Assembly: GCA_040954595.2 (NCBI GenBank)
Contig: CM082595.2
Span: forward strand, 457,690-521,689
DNA: 64,000 nt
Reading direction: 5' to 3'
From: Balanoglossus misakiensis
Lineage: Eukaryota; Animalia; Hemichordata
This document shows, piece after piece, positions 25,801 through 37,975 of the stretch. The translations under genes and the position numbers were made by a program. The notes beneath the pieces are model-generated. The model did no database searches. It saw only the letters and a list, made by a program, of their open reading frames with translations, and was not told the DNA's origin. Each line of letters begins with the position of its first letter. The stretch's first letter is position 1.

Positions 25801-28800
25801 TGTCTGAGACACTTGCCCTAGACTGTTTCAGACTTACCACACACAGGCTTGTCTAGGTGAGCTTATCAAGACTCCATTACCAGTCAGGGAAACACACATG
25901 AAAACCACTTTTCTATCCAGCTCGAGTCCAGCCGCCATAGCAAGCTGTTTACATGTACAAGTGGTTTTACCATTAGGAGTATTTTGACTGGATTGGATAG
26001 CTTCTGTTTCTTTGCCATGTGTGTATTTTGACAGAGTTGCCATGGTGTATGCTCTCCCAGTAACAATTTCAACATTTTCTTCCCAACGCCAGGGCCAAAT
26101 TGGGCTATGGATTATTATCAGGGAAGTACTCAGCAAAACCCTCATCAACAGAAGCAGGTGATACAGAAAAGGTAAAAGTTTAATTTAATGCTTTTAACCT
26201 CCATATCCTGGTGAATTTGATCACATGTTCATGTGTGTCTTTAACGTTGATACCACATTTTTTTCAGGGACAGGAAGGCATAGCACCCAGGATGTTTAAA
26301 TCTTTAGTTGGTCGAGGACATGTAGAATTCTCCACCAACAGACAACAAGATGCACAGGAATATTTCTTGCATCTCATCAATCTCATAGAGGTAGGATATG
26401 TTGTCTTGGCATACTTTGACTTTTGTTGGCAATAACTATAGGTCAGATGTTTTATTTCATGACATGTGCTTTCCTGTCAGTATTGAACTATTCATGGTTT
26501 TTTTTTACTTTTGTTGTTCAGAAAAACAGTAGAGGTACAACCAATCCATGTGACTGTTTTAAATACAAAGTGGAGGAACGCATCCAATGTGTTCAATCAG
26601 GTCAAGTCAGATACACAAGCAGAGATGATTTTCTACTGGCATTACCCATACCATTAGATGCTGCTGTTAATAAAGGTAATGACTTACAGATATTTGAAGA
26701 TCATAGAAGGTTAGCACATGGACATGTGATGTACATGTGATATCCATGGAGTTGACATGTGATACATGTATGATAGACATGTGACACACTACTCATTTGT
26801 TTCAGACGAAGTAGCTGCTTTTGAACTCAAGAAAAAAGAATATGAAGAGAAGGGTCAACTAATGGGCAGTTCTGAAATTGTGAGGTCCAGGATACCACTG
26901 TCTGCATGTCTAGAATCGTTTAGTCAACCAGAAATTGTTGATGATTTCTACAGTAGTGCAATCCAAGCCAAGTCAACAGCATCAAAGTAAGTCAATATTG
27001 AAATATTTACGAATAAAATTGTTGCTGTGGTTGGCTCCGTAAGATGTTTGATACTTTACTTGTGAAATAGTAGACTTATCTGTCACCTGTCCTGTGATAA
27101 ATTGTAATCAGATTCTTGTATGATGTTTTGCAGAACAACAAGACTTGCTTCATTTCCTGAGTATTTAATGATTCAAATGAAAAAGTTCTCACTGAGTGAT
27201 GACTGGACTCCAAAGAAACTAGGTGAGTCACATCGTCCAGTTGTGATTTTACTACTTTAACAACAACCTACAAGCCTTGTTGTGGATGATTTTCTGTGTT
27301 CATTCGTGAAATGTTACCTTCTGGAAAATACACTGCACCATAAGCTTACAATGCCACTTCTTGCTTGAAGCATGCTGTGATAGATAGAAAAGGAAAGTAA
27401 TCAAACTGTTCCATGATGGATTAATTGCAGATGTAAGTGTTGTTATGCCAGATGAGTTAGATCTATCATCGCTAAGAGGCAAAGGTCTTCAGTCGGGAGA
27501 GACAGAATTGCCTGAAGGAGATAGCCCTCCAGCACCAGGTATGGTTTCCAACTTCTTTACACATAGTTTTACATGTATGTGAAAGTGGCCAATTTACCCA
27601 GGCATATGCCAATATTCCAAGGGCACTTCAAACTTTTTCTTTCCTAACTGGAGTGGGCAAGATGAATTGAAGATGATGTAGTAGGGTAGAGCTTGTAGCA
27701 AGTAACTTTATCATTTTGACATCTTTATTATTTTCCAGAACCTCAAATAGATGAATCAGTAGTTGAACAGTTAGTCAACATGGGATTTTCCAGGGAAGGA
27801 TGTAGAAAGGCTGTTTACCACACCAATAACCAAGGCAGTGAAGCTGCAATGGAGTGGGTATTCCAACACATGGGCGATCCAGGTATGTACTTTGGTTACA
27901 GTGGTGTAGTCAAACTTCGAATAAGGGGTGATGGACATTGTGATGCTTGCAGAGTAATACTCTCTTTGTGGAAATATCAGAAAGTTTCACAGTAATTTAA
28001 CTCTTTCACCCACGACATCGGCAAGAGACACAAAGATTAACACTAGCAGTTATGTCTTGCAGACTTCGATGTACCACTTCAATTAGGGGGCAGCAAAAGT
28101 ACTGGTGCACCTCCTGCAAAGGAAGAAGATCTGGCTATGATAATGAGTATGGGATTCTCTAAAGATCAGGCTGTCAAAGCACTCAAGGCTACAGTGAGTA
28201 CAACATATTACAAGATATGAACACATTAGCCTTAAGACTTTCTCCATCCTCAAGGGTAAAATGTCAACATTTCACAATTGCATTTGGCAGAAAGAATCAC
28301 TGGAAAAACTCTAGGTAATCCTGGAATTGTGAATGAATCTTAGGATGCGAAGACTGAGAAGTAATCCTTCAGAATGACAGATTTTGTTCTGTTGCAGGAC
28401 AACAATGTAGAGAGGGCAGTAGACTGGATTTTCAGCCATGCTGATGAGTTGGCGTCTGATGCCATGGAAACAGAACCAAGTGGACCTGAATACAGAGATG
28501 GAAATGGAAGTGAGTGTTTTGGAAACTTCTGTCAATGTGTCATTTCATGAGAACTTTTGCATGGATCTTGCAACTCAAAAGTCTGGCTTAGTAACTTCAA
28601 ACCACTAACACTATGATGACAATGCTTGGATAAGTAAAATTGTATTACTTTTTTGTCCTGTTAATGCCCAACTCTAAAGAAATTCTCTTTTCTGATTTTC
28701 AGAATACAAACTGATAGCATTTATAAGTCATATGGGAACATCAACCTCTTGTGGGCATTATGTGTGTCATATACTGAAGGAAGGGAGGTAAGATTGATGG

Positions 28801-29051
28801 AATCACTTTGGGGAATAGCATTTATGATCTCAAATAATCGTGGAGAGTCACAGGAAGAACTCTTGGAAATGTGCAGAAACTTTCTGACTTTGAACAGATG
28901 ATCTTTGTAACCACAACACTGTTGATTAAACCTGTGGTATCTTTAAACATTTCTGTCTTTCAGGTGGGTTATCTTTAACGACAGAAAAGTTGCTGCGTCT
29001 GAAAACCCTCCAAAAGATTTGGCGTATCTCTATGTCTACCAGAGAGTGTGA
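22877..29051 (+). CDS. USP5: Ubiquitin carboxyl-terminal hydrolase 5 (isopeptidase T, USP5/13 family); about 20 exons
   Basis: [11 protein letters not shown]; Zn[41 protein letters not shown]; Cys box [19 protein letters not shown]; QQDAQEY; two UBA domains (MGF); His box [16 protein letters not shown]; AYLYVYQRV*. Confidence 0.96.
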
Positions 29052-30159
29052 ACATCACAACGGGAGAAAAGACTATGGTGTGGAATCTGACATTGATGTC
29101 AACCATTCCTATATTGTGGAGATTCCAGTCGATGTAAAATGGATTTGACATTTTCCCATTCAAAAATCTTCAAAATGTTTTTTTTTTTAATTGTGGGATA
29201 ACATACCACATGGTTGAAGTGGGATTGATGTTAACTTCTTGAAAAATTGCAAATATTAATGTGTAATTCACTTGTGTAAAATTAATTTTATGTATGAGCA
29301 TGTGCACAAACTCTTGTGTAACTTTGTCTTTAAAATTCTCTGTAAAATGTAATAATTTAGTAAATATCAGAGGGTCATTTTCAACTTTTTGGCATTATGT
29401 AATGCAACGTACAATGTGTCAACGGTATTTTAAATTTGGTTATACATGAATCATCCCTCAGAATCAGAAATTTCTCTGTAGAATTTTGTCTTTTGAAAAT
29501 GATGAGAGGATTTATGTAGCTCGAATAAGTGATTTGAGTCTTGGACTAAGTATTATCTTATGAATTCTCCAAAAGAAACATTGGAATTATAGTCATGGCT
29601 TTGAAAGCGGATTTCTGATAGGTTGAGTAATACCCAGATGAATATAGTTTACTGTGTTTTAGCCAATTAAATTGAATTATGCTACCTCTTGTATTTATTA
29701 GATGTACAAGGTACATCTTAGCCAGGGGTAGTAAAACAACAGAAGACAAAATGTATTTGCGTATAGGTTTAATCTCTTGTGATAGAGAAAGCAGCCTTTC
29801 TTTTCAAATTGCTGACAATTTTTTTGTAAACTCAATAAATAAATACAGTTCAGGAATAACTGCATCTATTGTCTATCTTATCAATTTACTGTCAATCATC
29901 ATATGATATCCGTGGCCATGAAACTGTGGAGTTGACAACCTTTCTAAAAGATTAAGCTCCAGCACCTTGAATATTCTTGTGTGGCACGGGCACATCGTTG
30001 GAAAGCAAATGAAAACTTGAATACCAATGGCAGACTTGTGGACTTTGTTGACCTCTGCTTACATCACTTGACCTAAAAGGTTCGAACACGTGCTTCCGGA
30101 AATTGCACAATATTTATGCATGTGTACATTGACAGCTGTCGTCATTCCATTGAAATGAT

Positions 30160-33100
30160 TCAAATGAGAACACCAAGAGATTCCACTTTTGAGTTAATTT
30201 TCTTCTGTTCCTCATAGAGCTTACTAAACGGTTTAACTTGATGGCCAATCACTTCCTGCAAAGAACAAAATTAACCTATTAGCACGAAAAAAGAACACAC
30301 CCACCCTTGCTTTAAATATGAGGTCAGGCAAATATTCTCCCCACAGTTTTTTTAATGGCCTCGTGCCACAACAACGTATTCCTTTTGTTGGAAACAGTTG
30401 AGTAAAGCACTTTAGTTTTGAATGTGGACATACCTTAGATTTATTTTCTGTGAGTGGTATGATCGTTTGGAACATGAAGTCGACGTTTTTCAGTATGAAC
30501 TCCCTCTCTTGCATGTAGTTTTCATTGGTTGCAAATGATGCCAGTATATCGATGTACTGCCTGAGGACTTCATTCAGACTATCAACTGTGTTGTAATAGA
30601 GCTACAGAGAGAAAGATTTGAAATGCATAAGTGTAACCTTGTCTTTAAAATTCTGCTTAGTAGCCAAGCTATGATGATATCATTGCAAGGTATCTATACA
30701 ATTCACATCAATGAGACAGGTTCATTGTATGTCTTACCTCAGGCATGTACAATGTCATTAAATTGTTCAGGAAATTCATGTATGATTTGGCGAACGAAAT
30801 GGTCCCTGACGAGAGACTGACCCAGCATTTATCTGTAAGGACAAATGAAAGTAAACCATTTAATAGCTGTGATAAATATTACTGATACACATAAGTTATG
30901 TTGAAAATGACTGAGAATTGCTTCAGACTTGCTTGAGAAATCTTTGGATCAGCACAAAGCCACCAGGCTTACCGTGAATTTGTGAATTAAAGTTATGAAT
31001 TCCATATTGCACCATTTTCTGAGCCAACTGCGACGCCGCCTGGGAGTTCTGCATATTTGTTGGCCGCCATTTTTCATCCTGTTCATTAAAACAAAATAGA
31101 GATTTAAACTCTTCACTGTCATGTCTTGCTATCCACATTCTCTTTGTGATTGCTTTTTGTAAGAATGTTCAAAGGTACTTTGAACTACACAAGAGTTTGA
31201 CAAGTATGTAATGATTACAATCACACAAGATCCTGAGTAAGACATCAACTGTTCACTGACCTGTGTTCTATGTTTGACAGCTTCCATCAACTGATCTTTA
31301 TTGTGTTTGATAGTATCACGAATTCCTTTGAGTAACAGACTGTCTAGTGCAAAGGACAGGTCCAAACCAATACTACACACCTGAGGGGAGGGAAGTAAAA
31401 GTTTAGGTCATCATCGAAACCTCAAATTAGTGCTGTATACTCGATTGGCTTATCGATGTCAAACTTATCCAAGTATACCAGCCAAGTGGTGAAGTCACTA
31501 TGAATTCTTAATTCTCAATTTTTCAGCCTACCTTTTGGCAATGTCTTCTAGCTATGTTGATACATTCGGCCACTGTGTCTAGACTTGACTTGCTGGCAAA
31601 TGCTTGGTTGGAGAAATGCCCAACAAATGTCTGCAGTTCTTGCTTGGTCCAGACTACAAATGCTGCGGGAGATGTATGTTGCCATGTTACTGTATTTCTT
31701 GACCATGTATAACGCATCACACCATTGGATAATACTTCTCGTGTGATAGTCAAAGAACATTTATAACCAAATCAGCACTCTTGTCATATAATTGAGGTTG
31801 TGTTGACTTGTGGTTGAGTTGAACATGTAACGTATGGCTACAGAGAGGTTCTTACTCACCTGAGAAGCAACCTGTATTGTTTGCAAATGCTTTCTGGAAT
31901 TCTTTGCCAGTTTCTATCAGATGAGTAAAGAATATGCTGCAGAGTTTGTTTGTGTAGACGCTTGTAGCCCCCTCTATCTTCAGTTTGCGTACAGCCAGTT
32001 TGATGGCTGCTGTTCTGTGCTTCAGAAACATGTCACATGCCTGAAAGTAGAATGAGATGTTTACTAACAACTGTTGTTGTCTTCTTTGTTTCTATTTGAT
32101 AGAGAAATGTTTCATTGGGGAAGTAATACTCACTGTTGTGTGTTTACCCAGCCTGATCAACTGCATGACAGCTCTCCTTGTGATTCCCGGCCCACCTCGC
32201 AGAGATCGGTCAGCTGTCACTTCCATTTCTTGAATTAACACTTCAGTGAGTTGTTTGACTCGGTGATCTAACCTTGCCCTGAAATACAGATCAGATGTGA
32301 TTCAATTCTTGTACAATGGTATTCAAGTAACATGTCTTTCAGCAACCAGAAAGAAATGTTTTGTGCTTAGAGTTACACTGACCTAAATTCTTTCAATGCC
32401 GATGATGATGGGATGGTCCTGATGTGATCGTTAGCTGTGGGAATAGAAAGAAGTTTCTTAACTTCAATGTAAAACACATGAACTATTCAGCTATCTAACA
32501 ACATAAGTATTTCACTGTATCACTCGTATTACTACATAATGTGGTGTCTGATATTAGTTCAAACAGTTAAGCATTCATGCCAGCATCAATGTACTCTCAA
32601 CTTACTTTTCTCAACGAGATCCACAGCGCCTTCAAAGTCCCTTTGAGCAATGCATACATCCAAATCCTCGGGCAACTCCAGCAACCAATCAGCTTGCAGT
32701 GGGTTGGTGTCAGAGGGAGTACTGTATGAAATGCCACCTTCATAAAATGCTGTTGAACAAAATTGTGTGGGATTTATGTACAACTTTTATTGTGCGATAG
32801 TCTGTAACTATTTCCAAAATTTGTCATGTTCATCAACCATCTCTTTGGACACTTTCTATATACAAACATTTCACAGGCAACTTACGATTTGATTTGTCTA
32901 AGATATCACTAAATGACCCTTCTAACATGGTATCTTTCTTATGACCGGAACTGGAAGATGCTGCTTTCAATTTCTTGGTCCTTTCCAGGGCTTCCAACCA
33001 CTCCCGCTGTGATGTACAAACATTAAATCTGACATATCAGTAAGTTCTCCCCGCAAGTATGAATGGATGCATAAGGATTCAAAGTTGTAGACTCCTGAAC

Positions 33101-34963
33101 TTCCACTTAAGTGAAACTCTTGAAAACATTTTAAATGGTGACAATTCATACCTTGGTTTTTGGACCATTACACTGGTACATATGTTGATCTGGGAACATT
33201 AAAATCTTGAATGCATTTTTCACAGCTGTCATTAAAGAAACAAAAAAGAAATGTACTTGAAGGACAAATTATAGACAAACTAAACTGTGCTATTAAGCTC
33301 TAAAACCTCACATAATACACGTCATAAAACTTCCCATCAAACCAATGAATAATGTCAGTACTTACGTCCAATGTCCCTAGCATTCACCACAGCTAAGTTG
33401 TCTAACTCAAACAAGGACAGGAATTTATATTGTAGAGGTCCTCTCCTGTTTGAAAAGATTAGATGTTCTTATTTACAAGCAATTTTCAAAGCTGACAAGA
33501 TGTGGGGATGGATGGATGTTCAACTGAGGTGGTGACTTACCTGTTTGGTATGTAGGTTGTTATCATGAGACTATCATTAAGTAGGAAAGCGTGGACGGTC
33601 TTGATTTCCATGAAGTTATCAGTGTCCAGTTCTTTCAAGTCACCTTCATGGACTAAATAGCGTCCTGGTACTTCTGTTATACTCTGTAAACAGTGTAGAG
33701 AATATACATGTGTGGTCATTGAGGACATCATACTGTCAAATTTGCAAAGAAAGAAAGAATATTGCAGCAACATGCCAAGGGAACTTACCGTCAATCCTTC
33801 AACTTTTTCCAGAAGTGATGTCAATGTTTTCTTCTTTTCATCTTTTTCCTTTTTACTTGCGTCATCGGACTGTCCATCGTCTGTACAATGAAATATAAAG
33901 ATCCAGGTTTACCATAGAAAACAATGGGTATTGAGGTATTGATTGAACCATAGTGTTGAACGGGTTAAGAAAGTTCTGATACTGAGATGACTTCTAATAC
34001 ATACCTGAGGCTGCTGTTATTGACATGTCCAGGAACTGACCGACTAATGTTTTCTGTTCTGTCAGAATGTGACTCAGCTGGTACATCTCACTTTCTAATA
34101 CTGGGTACAGTTCTGTTAAGGTACTATTTCAGGACTAATAATAAGTAATTGCACTCAGACAGCTCTAGTTGTCTGGTGAACCATTGAAAACCAACACTGT
34201 TGAATAAACTGGGGACTTCACGAGTTGGCAATGGATTGATCTTATTAGACCATGGGATCAATGATGGAAGAATTCAAGAAATCAGTGAACAATCAATATT
34301 TCATGAAGGATACATGAGATTTCCTTGGCTGTCTCGATGAACTGAGTATAATTCTTGTAGACATTTTTCTTCATGGCCACAGCCGTCTCATCGTTGAGAT
34401 TTTGAACTCGTCTGCGATGCTCCAACAAGTCCTTGTGGCCATCACCACCAGAGCTGATGTCACGCACATCTGAATAATGACAGAACAGTCATTACAAAAT
34501 GTTGATCAACTCCATCATACAGATCAAGTCTGTTGAGGGCTGGCCCTCCCACTTTTGTGTCCTTTTCAACCAAAACAAACATCTTGTGATCGACGGCAAG
34601 ACACTTAATATCTGGCACTTCTGGTTTAACGCCTGCCTTGGGTATGTGTGTTTTAAGGTACGGATACATCTTTACAACAAAACTGTGATACTAGCATCGC
34701 AATCACGGTGTTTGAACTGTGGATAAATATTACATTTCAATCGGTGGATCTGTTGTGAAATTGACAGGTCAAGGGTGGACAGGGGAATCTTATTTCAACA
34801 ACTGCTAAATCCACAATGAAGAAGGTCACTGTCCAGCCGTAAGAAACATGATTCAGTTCGAGATGATTTCTTGGTATAAGGAAAGTTAGATCGTCCAATA
34901 CTCACATTTATCGGCATCAAAATAAGGATTTGAGAGCTGATGCTTGAGATTTGATTGTGCCAT
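30160..34963 (-). CDS. EXOC8: Exocyst complex component 8 (Exo84); multi-exon
   Basis: MKKNVYKNYTQFIETAKEISLLESEMYQLSHIL; PH domain RYLVHEGDLKELD...HAFLLNDSLMI; WLLELPEDLDVCIAQRDFEGAVDL; DRSLRGGP; ACDMFLKHR; IGLDLSFAL; last exon ends VESLGVLI*. Confidence 0.94.
34101..34313 (-). other. U12-type (minor spliceosome) GT-AG intron in EXOC8
   Basis: 5' splice site GTATCCTTCA; branch point TACCTTAAC close to the CCCAG acceptor, with no long polypyrimidine tract; splicing restores the reading frame EIS-L-LESEM. Confidence 0.85.
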
Positions 34964-37832
34964 CTTTGAAATGACGCCCTCAGTGTTCTCTTTTCTGAAA
35001 ACCTCGTTCGACAATTTTGTCTATTTGATATATTTACCGGATATTTTTGTATGATTTTCTGCACTTGGTGTCAGATCTAAATAATTAAGACAAGAATATA
35101 CAAAATTTGTATGCGTTAATACATAATAACTCTGTTTGTGGCGATATAGTATGCGTTATAAAAACATTGCATTGTTACAATTTTAATGTCATGTCTGTTT
35201 CCGGCAGAGTGTACTTCCGTATTTATCAATGTTTAAAGTGAGTCTTGTTTTGTTGCCGTATCTAGAGAGTGGATCTACAGGTATCAGTTTGCTTCCGATT
35301 CCAAACACTGCACCCAGGAAGTCAGTTTGTGTCTGAACACACGAAATCAAGTGGTTGTTATATCTAGAGGTAAGCAATGAAAAGGTATTGTGAAATGTAC
35401 ATCACAACCATTAACCATGGGAGCACATATAAACTTTCCTCGTAACAATGTGTAGATCTCGACACGAGGCTGGTATGGATCGAATCGTCCCTTGACTAAA
35501 TCGCACGTTCGGACAGACACGTTAGCCACCGGAAACGACCCATTGTTCGCCAGTGTAACGGACAAATGATCGATGTGTGGGGCATTTTACCAAGTGATAA
35601 TGGGATACCGATTGTCAGAATATGAATTATAATGTATCAAATTTGTGTTCTGTAATGATTATCACAGGGATTGCATTTGTAGGGTTTCTGTTGATAATAT
35701 TGATGTGACTTTTCAATGTCAGCAAAAATAGTGATTCTTTTTTATTTGCTGTTAGTGAATATTTTCCCAACTTCGGTTTTTTTGTTGGCATTCTCCTCTT
35801 ATTCCAATCGACGCGATGGGAAGATGATCATCTTGTCAGATTTCCACATTTCTCGCAGCTTATCACACCATTGTTTAAATATATAAATCATCTTTCAATA
35901 GGCATTCCTAAGTATTCCTTGATTAGATTATATTTCCCAGAATTGAATAATGACAGTGCTGATGTTTTTAAGTTTGCCGTTCGATTTCAATCTAACATAC
36001 TTTATGTCTAATCATGATCAGAAAGTGCCCTGGGAAAAACTCCAACCCTGGTTTTTCTTCTCATACCCTTTTATTTTTCATGCATAAATTAGCAGGGAAG
36101 CCAGTACAAGAAAAGATGACTTACATGCATACTACATTCACTAGTGACCGTGCTTATACTGAATTATTAGCAGAAAATTACTGCATAATGTTGTTTTCGC
36201 TATTAAAATAATATTTAATACATTTCAATTGTCTTGGCTATTTTAGATATTCTAGGTTTTTGTTAATTTTATCTGGCTTCACATATTCTTTTAGTTAAAA
36301 TTTTTTTAAATGACTTTATAGGTTTTTAATTTATGCTGTAGTTACTCCAAGTTTTAATTTTTACTTTGGTATTTATCAAATGATAATATTTCTAGATGAT
36401 TAAGATCTAGCACAATATGTCATCACTACCCTTTGTCACATCACTTCCTGTGTCATTGAAAAGACTGCAAGACACACAATAGTAAATGGCCATTACATTG
36501 CACAAAGGAAAGGATTAATACTGATGATGAGATGAAAGACCTTTCGTGGGGTTACTCTGTATAAAGGTCCATTATTGCTTGAAAACAATGGCCACACCAT
36601 GGTGGTGAAAGGGTTGAATTCAAATTATTCTTTCAACTTTCAACATTACAGCTGGACATTTGTGCTGATGGTTTTATTAGAAATTGGATGATAATTAGAA
36701 AATCAAATTAGTACACTGCAATTAGGAGACTCTATGGTTCTTTTTGGACACAGTAAACGCTTGTGTCAAAAACTGCTTGGACATTTGTTTGACCCTGATC
36801 CAGGCATGAATTTGACCATCTGTCTGAAGATACCATATTGTCATTCTCTGTTTTTCTTCTTTCAACAGCTTTCAAATCAGTTGGATGACTTGTACAGCTA
36901 CAAGATGACAGCTCGATTTACGATGGCCCTGACAAATCTGAGCTGAGCATCAAAAAACATCGCTTGATGCCGGACATAGCCCTACACAACTGAACGCAAC
37001 ATTGCATCGTACTCTCACGTGGGAACCGGTGCATGTGAGTCTATAAGGGTTGCATAATTTGTGAGATGGCTTTGAAGACCAAATATATTGAGAACATGCT
37101 ATGTAGAAAGTAAGGAAGTCTAAACATTTCACCTTGTTTTCCTGTTTCAATCCCACCTAGAAACTACAACCGAGTCACCTCTTTGCATGTTTTATATAAG
37201 CACACACGGAGCCAGTCAATGCATGCCAGTCTTGTGGTAGTGTCTTGAGAACTTTTGGTTGTCACAGCAACAAATGAGAACTATCTTTGGTGTCCTCTCA
37301 AGTAGTCATTACACTTGAGTAGAATCTACTCCAAAATAATTTGCCAGGAACCTGCGGATTATTGTCTTATGAAGTGACCACAGAAAATTGTAGATGGCTA
37401 AAAGGTTAAAAAGTGAAAAAAATTCTCATTTTCTGCTGTGACAATCACTGGTTACTAATGTGTATGTTAATTACTGTAGATGGCTGTATTTGTGTCAGTG
37501 GTATTTTAGAAAATGAAGTAAACATTCAAACAAAAGTTACCCTCTTGTAAGTTCATTCATCAGATGAGTTTGTTTGTGGCATCAGTGAAAATTCTGAATT
37601 GTTGGTGTCGGGAGAGTGGTGTCATTTTACTTGTAGGAATAACAAATAGAATAGAATACAGCATGTTGATAGTCAATGACATCACTGAAGCACTTAGAAG
37701 TTGTTATGGTGTGTAGTGGGTTTGATGTGTAGAAAGTGTTCATTATGAACAGTTTGCTGATTTTGATAAGTTTGTGACAAACAGCTTTTACTGCATTCTG
37801 TCACCAATATCATAAGCATACCCTGCAATAGA

Positions 37833-37920
37833 CTGGATAACCTGTCACTCGAGGGAGCTCGCTGTTTTCCCCCCTCCCCTCACCCATCTTGGGAGCGCCC
37901 TAGAGTGCCAGGTTTTCCAG
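37833..37920. mobile_element. Short foldback/MITE-like element with 28-bp inverted repeats
   Basis: CTGGATAACCTGTCACTCGAGGGAGCTC (37833-37860) versus reverse complement of 37893-37920, CTGGAAAACCTGGCACTCTAGGGCGCTC (4 mismatches). Confidence 0.55.
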
Positions 37921-37975
37921 CCAAACCATGTAATGACCAATGTGGTATCTCGACATTATTTGCAGACAATCAGAC

